A stretch of 64,000 nt of DNA from NCBI GenBank assembly GCA_043815185.1, contig JBDRJF010000001.1:11801-75800 (forward strand). Direction: 5' to 3'. The DNA comes from Candidatus Omnitrophota bacterium. Its GTDB lineage: Bacteria > Omnitrophota > Gorgyraeia > Duberdicusellales > 4484-171. Positions 9,404 through 18,332 of this stretch are shown one piece after another. The notes beneath the pieces were generated by a model, which ran no database searches, was not told the origin of the DNA, and worked only from the letters and a program-made list of their open reading frames with translations. Position 1 is the stretch's first letter. Each line of letters starts with the position of its first letter. A program made the position numbers and the translations under genes.

Positions 9404-10654
9404 TTACAAATATTTCCTAGGATCAGCAATCTTACCTTTTATCGCCGAGGCCACGACTGTCGCCGGTGAAGCAAGATAAATAAAACTCTTAGGGTTTCCC
9501 ATCCGTCCTTTGAAATTCCGATTAGCTGTAGAAATTGTCACCTCTTTGTCGGCCGGTACCCCTTGGTGTGTCCCCACACAAGGGCCACAGCCAACCGGCA
9601 AGATGATTGCTCCGGCTTCAATAAATACTTTTATTATACCTTTGCGTAAAGCCGTTAAAAAAATCTCCCTTGAAGCCGGCGCGACTAACAATTTGATGTC
9701 CCTGTGCACCTTTTTGCCTTTTATAATTTTAGCTCCAATTTCTAAATCCTCTAAGCGGCCGTTAGTGCAGGTACCTAAGAAAGCCTGATTAATCTTTAGG
9801 CCTTCAACTTCTTCAACAGAAGCTCCATTATCTACAGAGTGTGGTTTCGCTACCTGTGGTGACAGTTTAGACAAATCAAACTCAATCTCTTGCTCGTAAG
9901 TACAATTCCTATCAGGATAAACCGGCTGGTATTTTCTTCTCAGGCGTTTTTTAAGAAATGTTAAAACTTTTTTATCCGCTGCGATTAAGCCGCACTTGGC
10001 ACCAAACTCAATAGTCATATTAGTGATAGTAAATCTTGCATCTAGAGATAATTCTTCGATCACCTGGCCAGAAAACTCTACCGACTTATAAGTTGCCCCG
10101 TTAGCGCCTAGATTATTGATAATGTTGAGAATAATATCCTTACTGTAAACTCCCTTGGGTAGCTTACCCTTGATAATTATTTTTTGAGTCGGGGGAACTT
10201 TGAACCAGTTCTTGCCGGTAGTAAGGGTAACAGCCAAATCAGTAGAACCAACTCCCAAGCTGGCCGCACCGATTGCTCCGGCAGTTGAGGTATGAGAATC
10301 AGCCCCCAGGATAAGTGCTCCCGGCCAGGCAAACCCCTGCTCAATTACTAACTGGTGGGATATTCCGCAACCGACATCGAAGAATAAATTTTTATTTTTT
10401 TTTGCAAACTTACGCATCCGGGAGTGAATTCGCGATACTCCCAGATTCGGAGAGGGGCTACTGTGATCAATGAACATAGCGTATTTTTCAGGTTTAAGAA
10501 GAGTTTTTTTTGCTGCACTAATGCTGTCCAAAACCAAAGAAGTTGTTCCGTCCTGAGAAAAACAAAAATCAACTTTACATATCCCTACATCCTGTGCACG
10601 CAAAGAACAGTTTGCATGGCGTGAAAGTATCTTTTCGATTATTGTCTTAGGCAT
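9404..10654 (-). CDS. LeuC/HacA-type aconitase-family hydratase large subunit
   Basis: DHSSP, GISHQ, GADSHT, GTCTNGR, GCGPC (three 4Fe-4S Cys), NRNFKGRMG. Confidence 0.9.
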   Translation of the reverse strand: MPKTIIEKILSRHANCSLRAQDVGICKVDFCFSQDGTTSLVLDSISAAKKTLLKPEKYAMFIDHSSPSPNLGVSRIHSRMRKFAKKNKNLFFDVGCGISHQLVIEQGFAWPGALILGADSHTSTAGAIGAASLGVGSTDLAVTLTTGKNWFKVPPTQKIIIKGKLPKGVYSKDIILNIINNLGANGATYKSVEFSGQVIEELSLDARFTITNMTIEFGAKCGLIAADKKVLTFLKKRLRRKYQPVYPDRNCTYEQEIEFDLSKLSPQVAKPHSVDNGASVEEVEGLKINQAFLGTCTNGRLEDLEIGAKIIKGKKVHRDIKLLVAPASREIFLTALRKGIIKVFIEAGAIILPVGCGPCVGTHQGVPADKEVTISTANRNFKGRMGNPKSFIYLASPATVVASAIKGKIADPRKYL

Positions 10655-10669
10655 AGCTTAAATATCTAG

Positions 10670-11824
10670 TTACAACTCTCTTAAGAACTTTTCGATTCGC
10701 TCAATACCCTTGGCAATTTGCTCCAGGGAAGTTGAGAAACTAAAACGCACATATCCCTCTTGCCCAAAAGCATCGGCAGGTATACAAGAAATAAGCGCCT
10801 CTTCTAACAGTTTAGCCGCAAAATCAAAAGATTTCATTCCAGTTCTGCGGATATCGCAAAACATATAAAACGTACCTTGCGGCTTAATCGGTTCCAATTC
10901 ACTAAACGCCGATAAACCTTCCCATAAAACATCACGCCTCTTCTGAAATTTACTCCTTATTTCGTCTTGCCACTGATCGTTACCAAAAGCAGCTAGAGCC
11001 GCACTCTGAGATATGGAGGATGCACAAGAAGTAGTGTGGTCGATTATTTTTGAAGCCTGATCAATTATTTTCTGATCCCCTGCTAAATAACCAATGCGCC
11101 AACCGGTCATCGAAAATGTCTTTGAAAAACCATTTATAGTTATAGTTGAACTGAATGCCTCCGGTAAAGCGGCAAAACTTACGTGTTTGCGGCCATCATA
11201 AGTCAAAACTTCATAGATCTCGTCACTAAGAACAAAAATATTGTTCTCTTTAACTACTTTTAAAATATCCTCTAATTCCTGGCCGGAATAAGTTGCTCCG
11301 GTAGGGTTACTGGGATAGTTCAGAATTAAAAGCTTAGTTTTAGCGGTTATAACTTTTTTTAACTCTTCCTTATCAATCTTGAAGTTATCTGACCTCTTAG
11401 TAGGCAAGAACACTGCTTTTGCCCTGATTAACTTAACGATCTGTGGGTAACTTACCCAGTAAGGCGCAGGAATTATTACCTCATCACCGGGCGAGAGGAG
11501 GGTAAACATAGCGGCAAATATTGCATATTTTGCCCCTGAGGTAACAATTATATTGTTAGCTGAGGCATTTATCTTATTTTCCCGCTGTAACTTAGCAGCT
11601 ATTGCTTCTTTTAACTCAACTCTTCCGGCTGAAGGGGTATACTTGGTAAGCCCTTTATCGATGGCGGCTTTAGCTGCATCTTTTATAAAAAAAGGAGTAT
11701 CAAAGTCTGGCTCGCCAGCAGCAAAATTTATAACATCTTTGCCTTCGCTGATTAATTTCTTGGTTAGGGCAGTTATTTTTAAGGTAGCTGACTTATCAAG
11801 CGACGCAACATGAGGGTTGATCAT
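10670..11824 (-). CDS. aspC: Aspartate aminotransferase (PLP class I/II)
   Basis: GEPDFDTP, PYWVSY, NYPSNPTG, SDEIY, GFSKTFSMTGWRIG. Confidence 0.88.
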   Translation of the reverse strand: MINPHVASLDKSATLKITALTKKLISEGKDVINFAAGEPDFDTPFFIKDAAKAAIDKGLTKYTPSAGRVELKEAIAAKLQRENKINASANNIIVTSGAKYAIFAAMFTLLSPGDEVIIPAPYWVSYPQIVKLIRAKAVFLPTKRSDNFKIDKEELKKVITAKTKLLILNYPSNPTGATYSGQELEDILKVVKENNIFVLSDEIYEVLTYDGRKHVSFAALPEAFSSTITINGFSKTFSMTGWRIGYLAGDQKIIDQASKIIDHTTSCASSISQSAALAAFGNDQWQDEIRSKFQKRRDVLWEGLSAFSELEPIKPQGTFYMFCDIRRTGMKSFDFAAKLLEEALISCIPADAFGQEGYVRFSFSTSLEQIAKGIERIEKFLREL

Positions 11825-11876
11825 TGTTATCCTCCCTTATCAACTATTATTCCAATGTTAAACACCTACCGCGTTT

Positions 11877-12413
11877 CTAAAGAGCATCTCTTTCTTTTTT
11901 AAAGATCTTTCTTACTCCAGAAACAAACCCCTTTTTAGGTTTTTCAACTTTCTTGGGAGGAATTTTTTCTTGCTTTTCTTCTGTAGGGATTTCCACACTC
12001 TCAGTATCTTTAAGCTTGCCCCCGCTAATCTTTTTCTTATTCACCTTCTCTTTCTTTACAATCTTTGTTAACTCAATAAGGGAAAGGGAAGCTCCATCAC
12101 CCTTACGGTTACTCACCCGCAATGTCCGGGTATACCCACCATTTATACCTTTAAAAAGTGGCCCGATATCATCAAAAAGCCTCTTTACCAAAACATGGTC
12201 TTCCAAGAGACGATAGACTAGGCGCTTACTGGATAAAGTTCCTTTTTTAGCCCAAGTAATCAGTTTGTCAATTTGACCTCTTAGATATTTAGCCCGAGAG
12301 GTGGTCGTAATTATCCGCTCATTGATAACCAGAGCTCTGATCAACGATTTAACCAAAGCTTTCTTCTGGGCCTGTGGACGCGAGAGTCTTTCGCTTTTCT
12401 TTCTGTGTCTCAT
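11877..12413 (-). CDS. rplQ: 50S ribosomal protein L17 with Lys-rich C-terminal extension
   Basis: MRHRK start, ERIITT, GGYTR, RKGDGA; follows rpoA. Confidence 0.96.
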   Translation of the reverse strand: MRHRKKSERLSRPQAQKKALVKSLIRALVINERIITTTSRAKYLRGQIDKLITWAKKGTLSSKRLVYRLLEDHVLVKRLFDDIGPLFKGINGGYTRTLRVSNRKGDGASLSLIELTKIVKKEKVNKKKISGGKLKDTESVEIPTEEKQEKIPPKKVEKPKKGFVSGVRKIFKKERDAL

Positions 12414-13396
12414 GTTATATTCAGCTTATTCCGATCGATTTTTGTTCCCAAAGAAAGCCCCATGGTCTTAAGAAGCGCCGTAACTTCATTTAGAGACTTC
12501 TTACCGAAGTTTCTGTAAGCTAGAATCTCCGGCTCGGTCTTCTCTACCAAATCAACCAGAGTCTTAATATCCGCCTCTCGTAAGCAATTATTGCTCCGTA
12601 CCGATAACTCCAGTTCAGAAACTGGAAGCTTCAACTTCTCGTAAAGAGAAACCTCTTCCGGGGTCAAATCTTCATACTCTTCTTCGGGAAGCTCACCAAG
12701 TGTGAAGAAAAGTTCTAAGTGCTTGTTCATCGCCTTTGCCGCATAGATTAAAGCTTCTTTGGGTTCAATACTGGCATTAGTAAAAATTTCTAAAATTAAC
12801 TTGTCATAGTCGGTTCGTTTACCTACGCGGGTATTTTCGACCTTAAAAGCTACTCGCTTAACTGGAGTAAAAATCGAATCAACGGGAATAATCCCCAAAG
12901 GCATTCCTTCACGTTTATTAACCTCGGCCGGAACAAACCCTCGCCCCCTACCTACTTCCATCTCAATATTGAGTTTGGCTTTCTTTGAAGTAATGGTAAC
13001 GATATGCAAATCGGGATTTATGACTTCTATGGTTTCGTCGGTTATTATATCTTTCGCCTTTATTTCCTTAACACCTTCTTCCTTGATATAAATCTTTTTG
13101 GGAGAACGTGAATAAGACCGTAGAACAAGATTCTTGATATTCATAATAATCTCCGGGATATCCTCTAAAACTCCTTCTATAGCTGAAAACTCATGAGATA
13201 CTCCGTCTATTTTTACTGAAGTTACTGCAGCACCCTCGATTGAAGAAAGGAGAACTCTCCTTAAAGTATTGCCTAAAGTTACCCCGTAACCTCTCTCCAG
13301 TGGCTCAGCTATAACAATACCATAGTCTGGCCTATATGACTCTTGGTCAACTACTATTCGCTTAGGAAATTGAAAATCCCGCCAGGTTATCCCCAT
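12410..13396 (-). CDS. rpoA: RNA polymerase subunit alpha
   Basis: EPLERGYGVTLGNTLRRVLLSS, ELELSVRSNNCL, NFGKKSL. Confidence 0.98.
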   Translation of the reverse strand: MGITWRDFQFPKRIVVDQESYRPDYGIVIAEPLERGYGVTLGNTLRRVLLSSIEGAAVTSVKIDGVSHEFSAIEGVLEDIPEIIMNIKNLVLRSYSRSPKKIYIKEEGVKEIKAKDIITDETIEVINPDLHIVTITSKKAKLNIEMEVGRGRGFVPAEVNKREGMPLGIIPVDSIFTPVKRVAFKVENTRVGKRTDYDKLILEIFTNASIEPKEALIYAAKAMNKHLELFFTLGELPEEEYEDLTPEEVSLYEKLKLPVSELELSVRSNNCLREADIKTLVDLVEKTEPEILAYRNFGKKSLNEVTALLKTMGLSLGTKIDRNKLNIT

Positions 13397-13407
13397 CGTT
13401 TACCTCC

Positions 13408-13465
13408 TCAATGATCCGCCTTAGGCGGAGAATTGATACTAAAGGCATGAAATGCCCGAAGTATC
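13408..13465. repeat. Two adjacent hairpins (REP-like) in the rpsD-rpoA spacer
   Basis: TCCGCC-TTA-GGCGGA (13415-13429) and GATACT..GGCAT-GAA-ATGCC..AGTATC. Confidence 0.6.
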
Positions 13466-13479
13466 TTTATTTTTTCTAT

Positions 13480-14112
13480 CTACTTAGAATAAAGCTCCAC
13501 GATTAATTGCTCATCAACTGCGATAGCTAAATCTTCTTTTTCCGGAAGGCGTATAATCTTTATCTTAAGATTATTCTTATCGGCTTGCATCCAGGTAGGA
13601 ACACTTCTTTCTTTTGAGTTTATCTCAATACCTTCCTTTAAACTTGTTTTTAAACTGTCTTTTGCTCTTATCTCCAGAGTTTGGCCTTCCTTAACTGTAT
13701 ATGACGGTATATTTACTCTCTTCCCGTCAATAAACACAAACCCATGCTGTGCTATTTGCCGGGCATGGTTGCGTGAAAAGGCAAAAAGTGCACGGTAAAT
13801 AACATTATCTAATCGTCTCTCTAGCAATTGGATTAATACTCTACCGGTAACTCCCCGGGTTTTATTGGCCATCGCAAAAAATCGCTTAAACTGTCTCTCG
13901 AGCATACCATACATTCTCTTTACCTTCTGCTTCTCTCTTAGCTGTAAACCATAGTTGCTTGGTTTTGACCGAAATCGGCGGGTAGAAGTCCCTGGAGGTG
14001 TCGGACGCTTAGCGAATGCGCACTTTTCTGTTATGCATCTAGGCCCTTTTAAAAATAACTTCGCTCCGGATCTACGGCATAATCGACATTTTGCATCGAC
14101 ATATCTTCCCAT
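13480..14112 (-). CDS. rpsD: 30S ribosomal protein S4 (Zn-binding form)
   Basis: CRLCRR...RC...KC, QLREKQK, LERRLDNV. Confidence 0.98.
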   Translation of the reverse strand: MGRYVDAKCRLCRRSGAKLFLKGPRCITEKCAFAKRPTPPGTSTRRFRSKPSNYGLQLREKQKVKRMYGMLERQFKRFFAMANKTRGVTGRVLIQLLERRLDNVIYRALFAFSRNHARQIAQHGFVFIDGKRVNIPSYTVKEGQTLEIRAKDSLKTSLKEGIEINSKERSVPTWMQADKNNLKIKIIRLPEKEDLAIAVDEQLIVELYSK

Positions 14113-14196
14113 CTTTATCTTTTCTCCTAATTTACCTGATTGTGCTTAAAACTTACTTGTGCCCGTGAGGGTATAATTTACGATTTAAAACTGCTA

Positions 14197-14589
14197 TTAG
14201 ACTCTCCGCTTCTTCTTCGGTCTACATCCATTATGCGGCATAGGAGTAATATCTTTTATTTTTTTCACGCTTAAACCGGCAGCCTGCAAAGACCTAATCG
14301 CTGATTCTCTCCCCGGTCCAGGACCCTTAACTAAGACTTCTAATTCTTTCAATCCCATTTCTCGGGCCTGTTTAGCAGCATTTAAAGAAGCAAGCTGGGC
14401 GGCATAAGGAGTAGATTTTTTAGCTCCTTTAAATCCTACTGCTCCAGCTGAAGACCAAGCTAAAACATTTCCCTTTAAGTCAGCTATTGAAACTATTGTA
14501 TTGTTAAAGGTAGCTTTAATGTAAGCTACCCCGATATTAGATAGCAGTGGACTCTTTTTCTTTCTGTCTTTTTTCTTCTTTTTTGCCAT
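14197..14589 (-). CDS. rpsK: 30S ribosomal protein S11
   Basis: [29 protein letters not shown]. Confidence 0.98.
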   Translation of the reverse strand: MAKKKKKDRKKKSPLLSNIGVAYIKATFNNTIVSIADLKGNVLAWSSAGAVGFKGAKKSTPYAAQLASLNAAKQAREMGLKELEVLVKGPGPGRESAIRSLQAAGLSVKKIKDITPMPHNGCRPKKKRRV

Positions 14590-14603
14590 TTTTGCTCCTG
14601 GTA

Positions 14604-14972
14604 TTACTTCTTAATTCCACCCACTCTTGGCTTAGGGCCCTTACGGGTACGGGCGTTGCAGCGAGTACGCTGTCCCCGAACCGGAAGACCTTTTTTGTGC
14701 CGGATACCCCGATAACTGCCTATATCAATTAACCTACGTATATTTTGAGTGTTCTCCCGGCGTAATTCTCCTTCAATTCGATAATGGGACTGGACAAATG
14801 AGGCAATTTGAGAAACCTCTTCTTCACTCAAATCAGAAGCCTTTTTCTCGGGATCAATTCCCACATCATTAAGAATCTTGATCGAATTTGTTGGACCAAT
14901 CCCGTAAATATATCTTAAGGCAATCTTTATCTTCTTGTCTTTAGGAATGTCTACACCGAAAATTCTTGGCAT
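14604..14972 (-). CDS. rpsM: 30S ribosomal protein S13
   Basis: [24 protein letters not shown]. Confidence 0.98.
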   Translation of the reverse strand: MPRIFGVDIPKDKKIKIALRYIYGIGPTNSIKILNDVGIDPEKKASDLSEEEVSQIASFVQSHYRIEGELRRENTQNIRRLIDIGSYRGIRHKKGLPVRGQRTRCNARTRKGPKPRVGGIKK

Positions 14973-14990
14973 TTCAACCTCACTTTGTTC

Positions 14991-15063
14991 ATTCAGTTTT
15001 CAAAAGTCAGATGGCAGATGTCATAAATCAGATCTTCTATCATCTGTTTTCTGTCTTCTGAAT
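14991..15063. repeat. Periodic palindrome, 7-nt units
   Basis: Left arm CAGTTTT CAAAAGT CAGATGG CAGATGT CATAAAT CAGAT; right arm CTTCTAT CATCTGT TTTCTGT CTTCTGA. Confidence 0.7.
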
Positions 15064-15176
15064 CAACCCTGTCTTTGCTTATGCTTAGGATTTTTACAAA
15101 TAACCCTTACAATCTTCTTTCTCTTTATTATCTTGCATTTATCACAAATTCTCTTAACTGACGCTTTAACTTTCAT
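15063..15176 (-). CDS. rpmJ: 50S ribosomal protein L36 (not in ORF track)
   Basis: Hand translation [37 protein letters not shown]. Confidence 0.98.
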   Translation of the reverse strand: MKVKASVKRICDKCKIIKRKKIVRVICKNPKHKQRQG

Positions 15177-15240
15177 CTTTTCAATTCCACTAGTTTACCT
15201 TGTTCTATTTACGTATTCCTTTTTCCTAACCTTTCTATTT

Positions 15241-15341
15241 TAGATATTACTTCCGAATGGATACAATATTGGTTGAGGATTGGCTTCAACCGCTCGCTTC
15301 GCGAGATTGCATACATTGTAATCAGCCTCTTCTAATATCTA
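15241..15341. repeat. Y-shaped palindromic repeat, copy 3, with an extra outer inverted repeat
   Basis: AATGGATACAAT/ATTGCATACATT outer stem; hairpins GGTTGAGG-ATTGG-CTTCAACC and CTCGC-TTC-GCGAG; flanked by TAGATATTA...TAATATCTA. Confidence 0.75.
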
Positions 15342-15557
15342 TTTCTCGCGATAAGTTATTCTTCCTCGGGTTAAATCGTAAGGAGAAAGCTCTAGTTTCA
15401 CCTTGTCGCCGGGAAGAATCCTGATAAAATGCATTCGCATCTTACCTGAAACATGAGCCAGAACAATATGCCCATTCTCTAGTTTTACCCTAAACATTGC
15501 ATTTGGTAAAGCTTCTACGATCTCACCTTCAACCGCGATCAATTCTTCTTTTGTCAT
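15339..15557 (-). CDS. infA: Translation initiation factor IF-1
   Basis: [35 protein letters not shown]. Confidence 0.98.
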   Translation of the reverse strand: MTKEELIAVEGEIVEALPNAMFRVKLENGHIVLAHVSGKMRMHFIRILPGDKVKLELSPYDLTRGRITYREK

Positions 15558-15573
15558 TATTTATTTTTGATAA

Positions 15574-15599
15574 CGGACAGGGACAAGCCCTGCCCCTAC
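15574..15599 (-). repeat. GTAG-family REP element
   Basis: Minus strand GTAG-GGGCAGGG-CTTGT-CCCTGTCC-G: a GTAG tetranucleotide directly followed by a GC-rich imperfect palindrome. Confidence 0.75.
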
Positions 15600-15602
15600 A
15601 TG

Positions 15603-16352
15603 CTATTGTGTTAGTACCCAAGACCCATTTTTGGTTACTGCTATAGTATGCTCGAAGTGAGCGGTTAAAGAATTATCTTTGGTCTTGGCGGTCCAGCCAT
15701 CGCTTAGGATATCCACTTCGGAACTACCAACTGAAACCATTGGTTCAACAGCAATAACACAACCTTCGAACAATTCAGCTCCCTTACCGGCTTCGCCAAA
15801 ATTAGGAACTTCCGGTGGCAAATGCAAGCTCCGGCCTATTCCGTGGCCTACGAATCTACGAATCACTGAAAAGCCGTTTTTTTCAACGCCTTTCTGAATA
15901 GCTGAACTCAAGTCTCCCACTCTCCGGCCGGGTTTTATTCGCATTATCCCTTGTCTCAGTGATTGCCGGGTAACTTTTACTAACCTTCTGGCCAAAAGGG
16001 AAGCTTTACCTATAATATAGGTATAAGCAGCATCCACAAACAAGCCTTTGTACCTAATCCCCAAATCTACACTCACTATGTCTCCATCGTTAACTACTCG
16101 TTGAGAAGGAATTCCATGGATTATTTCTTCATTAACCGAGACACAACATGAGGCCGGATAACCCCTATACCCCTTAAAGGCTGCTTCCATTCCCGGATAC
16201 TTAATAATTTCACTCTCAAAGAACTCTTCAATATTTTTTGTTAAGATTCCCGGCCGTATAAAGCCGTTTAGTTTCTTTAAAACTGCTGACGCCACCCGGC
16301 CAGCCTTCCGCATTGTTAATAATTCTTGGCGGCTCAAAGACCCATTCATCAC
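15603..16352 (-). CDS. map: Methionine aminopeptidase type I
   Basis: CVSVNEEIIHGIP, GDIVSVD, GHGIG, AVEPM, AHFEHT. Confidence 0.96.
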   Translation of the reverse strand: MMNGSLSRQELLTMRKAGRVASAVLKKLNGFIRPGILTKNIEEFFESEIIKYPGMEAAFKGYRGYPASCCVSVNEEIIHGIPSQRVVNDGDIVSVDLGIRYKGLFVDAAYTYIIGKASLLARRLVKVTRQSLRQGIMRIKPGRRVGDLSSAIQKGVEKNGFSVIRRFVGHGIGRSLHLPPEVPNFGEAGKGAELFEGCVIAVEPMVSVGSSEVDILSDGWTAKTKDNSLTAHFEHTIAVTKNGSWVLTQ

Positions 16353-16975
16353 AGTTTATTTTTTATTCTTTCAAAGACCTCTTTAATCTTTCCTTGACCG
16401 TCAACTTTAATTAGTTTATCTTTCTTCTGGTAAAAATCCAAAACTTTACTAGCTTCCTGAGAAAATACCTGCCAACGGGTTTTTATGACTTCCGGGTCAT
16501 CATCATCTCTCTGTGTTAACTCGCTGCCGCATTTATCGCAGATACCGGCATTCTTTGAAGGCAGGCTCACTAAATGATAGTTAGCCCCGCAAGATTTGCA
16601 AACCCTTCTGTTAGAAAGACGGTCAACTATTGTCTGCTGATCAATATCCAAATAAATAACAACATCTACATCGCTATTGTTTTTATTTAAAATTTCATCC
16701 AGTTTTTTAGCCTGGTTTAGGTTTCGCGGATAGCCATCAAGCAGAAACCCTTCTTGACCAATATTCTCTTCAATCACCCGGGAAACTAACTCATCAGGAA
16801 CCAAAGCGCCTCGTTCCATATAGTTCTTCACTTCCTGGCCTAGGTTACTCTCCTTTTTAACCTCTTCTCTTAAAATGTCTCCCAATGATATTTTCCTGAT
16901 ACTTAAGGAGCCTGCTAACAGCATTGCCTGCGTACCCTTGCCTGAACCGGGTGAACCAAAAAGAATTACCCGCAT
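16349..16975 (-). CDS. adk: Adenylate kinase with Zn-binding LID
   Basis: Start reassigned to ATG 16975 (MRVILFGSPGSGKGTQ); LDGYPR; CKSC and CDKC. Confidence 0.96.
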   Translation of the reverse strand: MRVILFGSPGSGKGTQAMLLAGSLSIRKISLGDILREEVKKESNLGQEVKNYMERGALVPDELVSRVIEENIGQEGFLLDGYPRNLNQAKKLDEILNKNNSDVDVVIYLDIDQQTIVDRLSNRRVCKSCGANYHLVSLPSKNAGICDKCGSELTQRDDDDPEVIKTRWQVFSQEASKVLDFYQKKDKLIKVDGQGKIKEVFERIKNKL

Positions 16976-16976
16976 C

Positions 16977-18332
16977 TTATTTTCTCCCCTTAAGGGTACT
17001 ACCTTTAATAAAACCGTCGTAATTACGGACCAGCAACTGTCCTTCAATCTGTTTCATGGTGTCCAAAATCACCCCAACCATAATTAAAAGGGTAGTTCCG
17101 CCAAAAAGTGAAGCCAGAGCATAAGAAGGTACCTTAAACATATACATAACAATGTTGGGAAAGATGGCAATAAAACCAATATAAATCGCACCAATAAAAA
17201 CAATTCGCGAGGCTACAAAGTCAAGATAATTTGCCGTAGGCCGCCCTGGTCTTATTCCGGGGATAAACCCTCCGTATTTTTTCAAATTATTAGCTATTTC
17301 TAAAGGATTAAATACCATGGCAGTATAGAAATACATAAAAAACATAATCAAAGCAACAAAAATGAGATTGTACCACACTCCTCTTTGCTGAACTATCATC
17401 TGCAAGAAACTAAGAAACCCTCCCTTTTGGCGAAAAAACATTAATATTGTAGCTGGAAAGGAAATAAGGGCACTGGCGAAAATTATTGCGATTACCCCTG
17501 ACATATCTATTTTTATCGGTAAATAAGTACTCTGGCCGCCGTAAACACGCCTACCGACAACTCTTTTACCGTATTGAATCGGGATTCTCCGCTGAGCCTG
17601 AGTAAAGAGGACTACTGCTGTAATCATTGCAAAAAGTAAGACTACCAAGGCAATTATTATCGGAGTAGGAATCTGCCGCTTGGAAGGGTCAAAAGGAGAG
17701 TAAAGTATCCAAAGTTGGCTTAACGAAGAAGGGATACGTGAAATAATACTGGTAGTAATGATTATTGATATCCCATTACCAATACCTCTCTCCTGGATTT
17801 GTTCTCCTAACCACATAACAAAGATTGTCCCACAAGTTAAGGTAAGTATAGTTATTAGCTTAAACACTAAACCGGGGTTAGGAACTATGATAATATTATT
17901 AAAATTCGCCGGATTTTCCAGCCATAACGACAAGAATAATCCCTGAACCGCGCATAATGCAAAGGTAAGATATCTGGTATATTGGTTTATCTTTTCATAA
18001 CCGGCCTTACCTTCTTTAGCAATCCGCTCAAGAGCTGGCAAGACTCCGGTAAGAAGCTGCATAATAATTGATGCTGAAATATAAGGCATGATCCCTAAAG
18101 AAAAGATGCTCAAACGAGTTAGAGCCCCACCGGTAAAAAGATTAACCATACCCAAGAGGCCCTGGCCTTGGGTTTTAGCAAGATTATCAAAAAATTGGGT
18201 CAAAGCAAAAGTATCTACCCCGGCAGTAGGAATAAAACAGCCGGCACGATAGACAATCAACAACGACAAGGTTATAAAAATCTTCCGCCTTAACTCCCTT
18301 ATCTGAAATATATTACTTATCGACCCAAACAC
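16977..18332 (-). CDS. secY: Preprotein translocase SecY
   Basis: SIFSLGIMPYISASII, WLGEQI, GIGNGIS, FIPGIRPG. Confidence 0.98.
   Translation of the reverse strand: MFGSISNIFQIRELRRKIFITLSLLIVYRAGCFIPTAGVDTFALTQFFDNLAKTQGQGLLGMVNLFTGGALTRLSIFSLGIMPYISASIIMQLLTGVLPALERIAKEGKAGYEKINQYTRYLTFALCAVQGLFLSLWLENPANFNNIIIVPNPGLVFKLITILTLTCGTIFVMWLGEQIQERGIGNGISIIITTSIISRIPSSLSQLWILYSPFDPSKRQIPTPIIIALVVLLFAMITAVVLFTQAQRRIPIQYGKRVVGRRVYGGQSTYLPIKIDMSGVIAIIFASALISFPATILMFFRQKGGFLSFLQMIVQQRGVWYNLIFVALIMFFMYFYTAMVFNPLEIANNLKKYGGFIPGIRPGRPTANYLDFVASRIVFIGAIYIGFIAIFPNIVMYMFKVPSYALASLFGGTTLLIMVGVILDTMKQIEGQLLVRNYDGFIKGSTLKGRK

Noticed and set aside
6689-10654. Annotation as a leuBCD leucine operon
   Set aside because: The dehydrogenase has isocitrate and NADP signatures rather than IPMDH ones, and there is no leuA; gene symbols were withheld for the hydratase pair.
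14935-15243. 102-aa plus-strand ORF over the repeat region
   Set aside because: It is antisense to the clear rpmJ gene and runs through low-complexity repeat sequence.
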